Positions 26,030-32,079 of a DNA stretch of 32,079 bases are shown one piece after another. The DNA comes from an uncultured Candidatus Saccharibacteria bacterium. Lineage in GTDB: Bacteria; Patescibacteriota; Minisyncoccia; Minisyncoccales; UBA5738. Each line of letters starts with the position of its first letter. Position 1 is the stretch's first letter. A program made the position numbers and the translations under genes. The notes beneath the pieces were generated by a model that saw only the letters and a list, made by a program, of their open reading frames with translations, ran no database searches and was not told where the DNA came from. The DNA is taken from positions 1 to 32,079 of the forward strand of contig CAZFZI010000004.1 in the NCBI GenBank assembly GCA_964523275.1. Reading direction: 5' to 3'.

Positions 26030-27685
26030 TTAGCTGTTTTTCATCGGCAAATCAATAATAAACTCGCTTCCTTTGCCCCATCCCTTGGACTCAACGCTAA
26101 TATTCCCGCCGTTGTTGGCAATAATTTGCGCGGCCAGATAAAGTCCAATACCCTTGCCCTCAACATTCACGCTTTTAGCCTTTTCACCTCGTTCAAAAAT
26201 ACGGCCAAACAACCCCTGCCGGTCTTTTTCGTTCATGCCGATACCGGTATCCTTCACCGAAATGCGCAACTTATCGCCCGCAACCGCCACTGATACGTTA
26301 ACGCCGCCGGTTTGAGTGTATTTAATCGCATTGTCAACGATATTGTAAACCGCTTCGCGAATTCCCCGCGCGTCAATTGGCACAAAAGGAATCGGGGCGG
26401 GCGGTTTTGCAAAGTCAAGATATAATTTTTTGGCAACCGCCACCGCGCGCAAATCTTCAATCACTCCGGCAATCAGCCCCACTGCATCGGTTGACTCCTT
26501 AACTGCCGCACCCTTGTTCATCTGAAAATGCGCCACATCCAAAAGCTCATCCACCAAATGAATCAATCTTTGGTTAGCTTCAAGCGAAGAGTTGATTTTT
26601 TCTTTGGCTTTGGCCGGAATTTTGCCATAGCTCCCCTCGCCGATCATGCTCAAATAGCCCTGTATCACCGACAACGGGCTACGCAAATGGTGCTGAGTGG
26701 AAAGCAAAAATTGGTTTTTGGCCGCGTCCAACCGCCGCAAATCCGCAGCTAAAACCTCGGCCTCCTCGCGCAATTCCCGCTCCCTCGCTGCCACCATCTC
26801 GGCCTCCTCCCTCCGTCGGCTTTCGTTAAGAGTGGTTTTGATAAGATAATATCCGAAAAAAGAAAACGATATCAAAATTAATAGCGAGATAAATTTTAAT
26901 CCGATTGTTGGCATTAAAAAGAATTGTATTGCCAAAATAATCCCCATCAATCCCACTAGTATTTCAGTCAAAATAACCCTCACGTCAAAAAGGTGGTATT
27001 TAAGAATGGCCAGTGCGATTATTGTGACGGCAACAATTTCCGCCCAATAAGCACCTATGGCATTTACGTTTAAACCGTAGGCCGGTAAAAAAGCATAAGC
27101 CCCTAAATTTAATATTATAAAGGCAACAAATAAAAATTTTACCGATTTGATATTTTCTTTTTCGGTTTTAATTTCAAATTTTTTACAACGTTTCAAAAAT
27201 AAAAATCTGTAAATTTCAAACAAAAACAGCAAAATATAAATTGAATAAAAAACTAAAAAAATATGATGAAAAATTTTAGCCTGAGTGTGATAACCCCATT
27301 CATAATAATATAAACCGGAAATAAAGTAGTCGCTCCTGCTCAAGACAAGAAAGAAAAAGGAAAAAAAATATCCAAACAAAAGCTTGAATTTATTTTTAAT
27401 TTCCCTGTGAGTGAAAATAAGTCCGAAGTGATACATCAAAACAGGGATAAAGACAACGCCGGCATAAACCATTCTATCCCAAAAAATAATATCTGTTTCG
27501 GATTTGGCGATATACATCATGTATGCCGAGAACAGCCAATTCGACATCGCAACACAAAAAATTAAAAAAATGATATTCAATTTTTTTCGTGGATTTTTCC
27601 AAAAAACAAACACCCCCAGTATCATCATCAATAACCCACTAATCAATGCGGAATATGAATTAATAAGCAGTAATAGCGCGTTCAT
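26030..27685 (-). CDS. Sensor histidine kinase with N-terminal 7TM (HisKA_7TM-like) domain
   Basis: Multiple TM helices, H-box HHLRSPL, N-box NIVDNAIKYT, DTGIG, GKGIGL. Confidence 0.93.
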   Translation of the reverse strand: MNALLLLINSYSALISGLLMMILGVFVFWKNPRKKLNIIFLIFCVAMSNWLFSAYMMYIAKSETDIIFWDRMVYAGVVFIPVLMYHFGLIFTHREIKNKFKLLFGYFFSFFFLVLSRSDYFISGLYYYEWGYHTQAKIFHHIFLVFYSIYILLFLFEIYRFLFLKRCKKFEIKTEKENIKSVKFLFVAFIILNLGAYAFLPAYGLNVNAIGAYWAEIVAVTIIALAILKYHLFDVRVILTEILVGLMGIILAIQFFLMPTIGLKFISLLILISFSFFGYYLIKTTLNESRRREEAEMVAARERELREEAEVLAADLRRLDAAKNQFLLSTQHHLRSPLSVIQGYLSMIGEGSYGKIPAKAKEKINSSLEANQRLIHLVDELLDVAHFQMNKGAAVKESTDAVGLIAGVIEDLRAVAVAKKLYLDFAKPPAPIPFVPIDARGIREAVYNIVDNAIKYTQTGGVNVSVAVAGDKLRISVKDTGIGMNEKDRQGLFGRIFERGEKAKSVNVEGKGIGLYLAAQIIANNGGNISVESKGWGKGSEFIIDLPMKNS

Positions 27686-27694
27686 TGATTAAAA

Positions 27695-28729
27695 TTATTC
27701 GCAAAGATTTAAATTTTTATCCAGCTTCTTGCCAAAACTTTGATATATATCAATTTTGAATTGGTTGGAATATTTATCCATTAACTTCAACATTTTTTCC
27801 GCCAAATCGGGTGTTGTGTATCCAACGTAATTGTGTGTATTTTTATCCATCGCCAAAAGTACGGTTTCGGCCAAACACGCGTATGCTTGATATTTTTTGA
27901 TTCCAATGTCAACACCAAAATCGATTGAGGACACATTAACAAGGCCACCGTCAATAATGGTGATATCCGGTCTTTCCGCGAGCAAGCCAGGTGACGTATT
28001 TCTGGGTTGAGTTATATCATAAACAATCGCATTTCTCTTTAAATAATCAGGTTTTATCAGTTGATCCATCGAAGAGGTCGCGATGACAGCAACCGCCGCT
28101 TTTTTAATGGATGAAATATCTGTTTCGAATCTCAACCTTGGATGAGGAAAAAATTTTTCTTTAAGTTTTGCTATTTTTTGTTCTCTATCAACAAGCAGAA
28201 CATTTAGCCCCCTTTTAATCAATAGTTCCGAAACTCCTTGGCCAATTGAACCGGCAGCACCAACAACGGCGATTTCCGCTTCAGCGATATTGATCTTCTT
28301 AATTTCAATAATCTTTTCCACTGCCCTAAAAACTACGCCCGTAGTAAGAGAATTGCCGCTCGTAATGCTAACGCCATCAACCCGGCCAACCAAATCTTTA
28401 CCACCATGAGTTACCGACGCGGTAAATTCCCCCAATCCGATGACTTTTACGCCCGAAGCTTTCATCATTTCAATTGCTTTGACAAGTTTATCAATAACTA
28501 TCTCTCTGGGAAAATTTAAAATTTGTTTTCCCAGAAGAGGAATCCACACAATCCAACCGATAATTTCTTTATTATTTTTAAATTTTACCTTACCCGCTTT
28601 AATCGGTCCGATAAAGGTGATAATTATTCTTAATAAAAATTCCGGAAACAACAAAAACAATGGCGAAACCTTGCCCATATCTTCTCTGGCCGAATGGCGA
28701 GGGTGCACTAAAAAAGCAAATTTATTCAT
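27695..28729 (-). CDS. Acyl-ACP reductase-like NAD(P)-dependent oxidoreductase (COG5322-like)
   Basis: FAFLVHP, IGLGEFTASV, TSGNSLT, VVGAAGSIG, DITQPRN, DGGLV, AYACLAET. Confidence 0.8.
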   Translation of the reverse strand: MNKFAFLVHPRHSAREDMGKVSPLFLLFPEFLLRIIITFIGPIKAGKVKFKNNKEIIGWIVWIPLLGKQILNFPREIVIDKLVKAIEMMKASGVKVIGLGEFTASVTHGGKDLVGRVDGVSITSGNSLTTGVVFRAVEKIIEIKKINIAEAEIAVVGAAGSIGQGVSELLIKRGLNVLLVDREQKIAKLKEKFFPHPRLRFETDISSIKKAAVAVIATSSMDQLIKPDYLKRNAIVYDITQPRNTSPGLLAERPDITIIDGGLVNVSSIDFGVDIGIKKYQAYACLAETVLLAMDKNTHNYVGYTTPDLAEKMLKLMDKYSNQFKIDIYQSFGKKLDKNLNLCE

Positions 28730-28753
28730 AGGATTTAGCTTTTGTAAAAAAGA

Positions 28754-28870
28754 TTATTTTTGGAACAAGACGCCAATAATTTGGCGGATCATGGGAAGTA
28801 TGTCAATAATTCCCCAAACTAAAATTGTGAAAAATCCGACAATTAAAATGAAATCAATCAATTTGTTCAT
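28754..28870 (-). CDS. 38-aa hydrophobic small protein (not in the ORF track)
   Basis: MNKLIDFILIVGFFTILVWGIIDILPMIRQIIGVLFQK*. Fills the gap between murC and the reductase on the same strand. Confidence 0.55.
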   Translation of the reverse strand: MNKLIDFILIVGFFTILVWGIIDILPMIRQIIGVLFQK

Positions 28871-28923
28871 ACAAAATTAACGACTACAAATTCATTATAA
28901 ACAAAATCACGTCCGCTACAAAT

Positions 28924-30237
28924 TTATTTTAGCAGAGGTTGGAAAAAATCGTAAATATCGCCCGCGCCCATCACCAGCAAAATTTCGCCGCCTTTTATTT
29001 CGCGCTTCAATTTGGCAAAAATTTCTTTTGTGGGAACGTATTCAATTTTTGCGCAACCAATGGCGGCAACCAATTTTTGGCTGCTCACTTTTTTGGCGAT
29101 TGCTTGATTCTCGCGCCCGGTAACTTGATAAATATCGGTAATAAAAATCTTGTCTAACATTGATCCTTGAAACGCTTTGACAAAATCATAAAAAAGCAAA
29201 TGCGTGCGCCATGCCTGATGCGGCTGAAAGACACAGATAATCTTTTTTTTAGACCAAAGCTGGCGCGCGGCGGACATCGTTAATTTTATCTGCGTGGGAT
29301 GATGCCCATAATCAAAAACCGCGGTAATTTTTTTCCCGGCAATGCTTGTCGGACGCCGGTCAAACCGGCGCCACGAACCGCGATATTTTGCCAGAGATTT
29401 GAAGATAATATCATCGGCAACGCCAAGCATTCGCCCCACAACAAGAACGGCCAGCGCGTTGGCAATATTGTGCTCGCCGGGAACCCGCAAAATTTTTCGC
29501 AAGATTTCGGCTTCAACCATTTTTTGTGAATAATAAACAACGTCAATCCCCCTTTTTTTCATTATCACGCCAAGCTTTTTGGCATTGGCGTCATCGGCGC
29601 AAACCGCCAATTTGCCGCCTTCATTCAAATTGCCCGCAAATTTCTCAAACGCCGCCAGCAAATCAGCCTCATTTTCGTAACACTCCATGTGATCCATTTC
29701 AATATTGGTAATCACCGCGATTTTTGGATGATAATTTAAAAAAGCTCGGCCATATTCACAAGCTTCAACCACCAAAACTTTTGATTTGCCGCAACGAAAA
29801 TTTGAGTTGTTAAATTCTTTCAATTTCGTACCCACAATAACCGTTGGATCCAATTTGGCATCTGCCAGCATCAAGCCAATCATTGCCGCAGTCGTGCTTT
29901 TGCCGTGCGCGCCGGCCACCGCAACAGTTTCGCGGGTTTTGACAAGCTCGCCCAATGCTTGCGGGTAGCTCATAGTTTTGACACCCAAACGCAAAGCCTC
30001 TTTTAGTTCCGGATGGCTGTTTTTTACCGCCAAGCTGTAAACAACCAAATCCGGCGCGACAGACTTCAAATCCGCGGTTTTTTTGATAAAAACCCGCGCC
30101 CCTAATTTTTTTAGCGCCCCGGTGATCTCGGAAACCAGCAAATCCGAACCGCTCACTCGCCAGCCAAGCGCCAAATAATGACGCGCCAGCGCTGATATTC
30201 CAATACCGCCAATACCGATGAAGTGAACCTTTTTCAT
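28924..30237 (-). CDS. murC: UDP-MurNAc--L-alanine ligase
   Basis: HFIGIGGIGIS, GAHGKSTT, EACEY, TNIEMDH, GEHN, DYGHHP, FQPH, MGAGDI. Confidence 0.96.
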   Translation of the reverse strand: MKKVHFIGIGGIGISALARHYLALGWRVSGSDLLVSEITGALKKLGARVFIKKTADLKSVAPDLVVYSLAVKNSHPELKEALRLGVKTMSYPQALGELVKTRETVAVAGAHGKSTTAAMIGLMLADAKLDPTVIVGTKLKEFNNSNFRCGKSKVLVVEACEYGRAFLNYHPKIAVITNIEMDHMECYENEADLLAAFEKFAGNLNEGGKLAVCADDANAKKLGVIMKKRGIDVVYYSQKMVEAEILRKILRVPGEHNIANALAVLVVGRMLGVADDIIFKSLAKYRGSWRRFDRRPTSIAGKKITAVFDYGHHPTQIKLTMSAARQLWSKKKIICVFQPHQAWRTHLLFYDFVKAFQGSMLDKIFITDIYQVTGRENQAIAKKVSSQKLVAAIGCAKIEYVPTKEIFAKLKREIKGGEILLVMGAGDIYDFFQPLLK

Positions 30238-30240
30238 AAA

Positions 30241-30390
30241 TTCCAAATATCAAGCACCAAATACCAAAGTAAATCTCAATATTCAAAATTCAAGTTTTAA
30301 ATATTGGGATTTGAATATTGAATATTATTTGCCACCGTTTTTGGCGGGGTTCCGCTGAGGCGGGAGAAATTGGAATTTGGTTCTTGAAGC
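30241..30390. repeat. Inverted 7-nt repeat array with an embedded GC-rich double hairpin (30331-30365)
   Basis: caaatat caagcac caaatac ... attggga tttgaat attgaat [insert] attggaa tttggtt cttgaag. Confidence 0.65.
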
Positions 30391-30422
30391 TATTGCGCTT
30401 TATTCAAAATTCAAAAAATTTT

Positions 30423-31004
30423 TTAATCTTGGCCCAATTTGGCGCTTTCAAGCACCGTATAAATCGGGCCGCCGCGCCTCAATTGGCTCTCCATAATTTC
30501 AATTGATTCCACCAAAAAAACATGATTTATTTTTTCATCTATTAGCGGAATTTCCTCAATATCCATTTGGCGCAAATCAGTTTGGCGCAAACGCGCCAAA
30601 GTGACATGTGGCGCAAAGCCATAGTCCTCTCTGGGCCGGTATTCTCCCCCGCAAAACTCAAAAAAAGAGCTTTCAAGGTCTTTTTGCAAGCCGCCGATCT
30701 CTTGGGAATTTTCACCGACAGCCCAAATCATTTTGGGAGGAATTTTGGTTTGAGACCCATATGAAATCTTAACAAGGTTGATTTCAAAAGAATCATGGCG
30801 TTTGGCAACATCAACTGCGGTTTGACAAATTTCGCAAATTTCCTGGTCGTTGGCATTGCCCAAAAAATTTAAAGTGATATGCAAGTTTTCCGGCCTAGCC
30901 CAATTAGCCGGCAATTGAGGCCACCAACCGGAAAAAGACGACAGCTCTTGGCGTAGCTTTTCCGGCAAGTTTATGGCAATAAATATCCGATGCAAATTAT
31001 TCAT
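30423..31004 (-). CDS. thpR: RNA 2',3'-cyclic phosphodiesterase (2H family)
   Basis: RIFIAI, LHITLNFLG, PHVTLAR, GPIY. Confidence 0.93.
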   Translation of the reverse strand: MNNLHRIFIAINLPEKLRQELSSFSGWWPQLPANWARPENLHITLNFLGNANDQEICEICQTAVDVAKRHDSFEINLVKISYGSQTKIPPKMIWAVGENSQEIGGLQKDLESSFFEFCGGEYRPREDYGFAPHVTLARLRQTDLRQMDIEEIPLIDEKINHVFLVESIEIMESQLRRGGPIYTVLESAKLGQD

Positions 31005-31178
31005 AATATGGTTTATTCTAAACGATTTGGCAAAAAAAGAAAGATGCGATAGAATTCATATTGAAATAACATCCTTATTAAGGATCTGTTGCCAAATGAG
31101 GCTTTTGTTGCAATTTTAAGTTCCGCATATATCGGCGAATACTATTCAAAATCAATAAAGCATATTGCGCATATATAT

Positions 31179-31487
31179 ATGAAAGAAAAAATCACGGGAA
31201 AACTCAAAAGCACCATCTACAATTTAACGCGGGATCTGGGCTATCATTTTCAAGGGCAAGACGACAAAACCGAAGAATTGGGATTTGCCCGGCCAAAATC
31301 CGGATACCCTCGCCTGCATCTTTTCACCAAGCAAGAAAAAGACAGCCTATCGCTTTCATTGCATCTTGATCAAAAGAAACCCGTTTACGACGGCGCAACG
31401 GCACATTCAGGCGATTACGACGGCCCCGTCGTGGAACGTGAAATGGCGCGCATTAAGCAATACATAGAGAGCCAAATCCAGCAATAA
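31179..31487 (+). CDS. Hypothetical protein
   Basis: Start placed at ATG 31179. Contains YPRLHL, LHLDQKKPVY and AHSGDYDGPVV, and ends 8 nt before tsaC. Confidence 0.65.
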   Translation: MKEKITGKLKSTIYNLTRDLGYHFQGQDDKTEELGFARPKSGYPRLHLFTKQEKDSLSLSLHLDQKKPVYDGATAHSGDYDGPVVEREMARIKQYIESQIQQ

Positions 31488-31495
31488 ATTATGTT

Positions 31496-32079
31496 ATGGA
31501 AATTATTTCTCTCACGCCGAAAAATTTTCAAACCGCCGTGGAAATGGCGGCGGGCGCGATTCAAAAAGGTGGCACAATAATCGCGCCCACCGACACGATT
31601 TACGGACTATTGGCCAATACCACAGATGAAAAAACAATTGAAAAAGTTTTCGCGATAAAAAAACGGCCTCAAGAAAAATCACTGCCGATATTTGTTAAAA
31701 ATATGGCCATGGCTAAAAAATTGGCCAAAATAACAGGTGCGCAGGAAAAGACATTGGAAGAAAATTGGCCCGGGAAATTCAGCGCCAGATTGAAACGAAA
31801 AAAAGAAATGAAAATTTTTGGCGTTGAAAACGAGACTATTGTTTTGCGCGTTCCTTTTTGTCCGTTTGTCAACTCTCTTTTGGAAACCCTGAATTTCCCT
31901 CTTTGCGCAACCTCGGCCAACATTTCCGGACAACCGGCTTCGGGCAAAATTGACGAAGTTTTGCGACAATTTGCCGGAAAAAATAATTTGCCCGATCTTG
32001 TTATCAACGCCGGAGATCTGGAAGCATCAAAGCCGTCAACTATTGTTGATTTGACTCAAACTCCGCCAAAAATAATCCG
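31496..32079 (+). CDS. tsaC: L-threonylcarbamoyladenylate synthase (Sua5/YrdC), 3'-truncated by the window edge
   Basis: Translated by hand: PTDTIYGL, IKKRP, WPG, VLRVP, TSANISG, PSTIVD. No stop within the window. Confidence 0.93.
   Translation, partial: MEIISLTPKNFQTAVEMAAGAIQKGGTIIAPTDTIYGLLANTTDEKTIEKVFAIKKRPQEKSLPIFVKNMAMAKKLAKITGAQEKTLEENWPGKFSARLKRKKEMKIFGVENETIVLRVPFCPFVNSLLETLNFPLCATSANISGQPASGKIDEVLRQFAGKNNLPDLVINAGDLEASKPSTIVDLTQTPPKII

Noticed and set aside
26000-26293. 97-aa + strand ORF and other antisense ORFs (for example 2164-2745, 15934-16434, 28440-28880, 31669-32007)
   Set aside because: They are shadow frames of well-supported genes on the opposite strand.

Overview
This window looks like the chromosome of a small-genome Patescibacteria (CPR, Parcubacteria-like) bacterium. 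That assignment is inferred from the GAD-less AspRS, the Gmad2 protein, the scarcity of Shine-Dalgarno sites and the intergenic heptad palindromes. The left part (+ strand, 1-12.7 kb) holds an internally deleted IS1202/ISNCY-like transposase, a foreign-looking secreted protein, ctpA, rplI, pyrG, an isolated rpmA bracketed by two copies of a structured repeat, an archaeal-flavoured isoprenoid operon (geranylgeranyl reductase-like, uppS, isopentenyl phosphate kinase), small accessory genes and ychF. The right part (mostly - strand) holds a single Xer recombinase bracketed by a dif-like site and a 15-bp copy of it, gltX, and a cell-wall cluster (murG, ftsW, murD, murL-like epimerase, mraY, dacA, murC) with an unannotated ~170-nt structured RNA inside it. 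It also holds aspS, an ArsR gene between 23-bp direct repeats, a radC remnant, a 179-bp MITE, thpR and a partial tsaC. The best candidate for an undescribed system is an AT-rich cassette at 26030-28870: a 38-aa membrane peptide, an acyl-ACP-reductase-like enzyme and a 7TM histidine kinase, possibly a lipid-signal synthase/receptor pair. All calls come from reading motifs by eye. No database searches were run.
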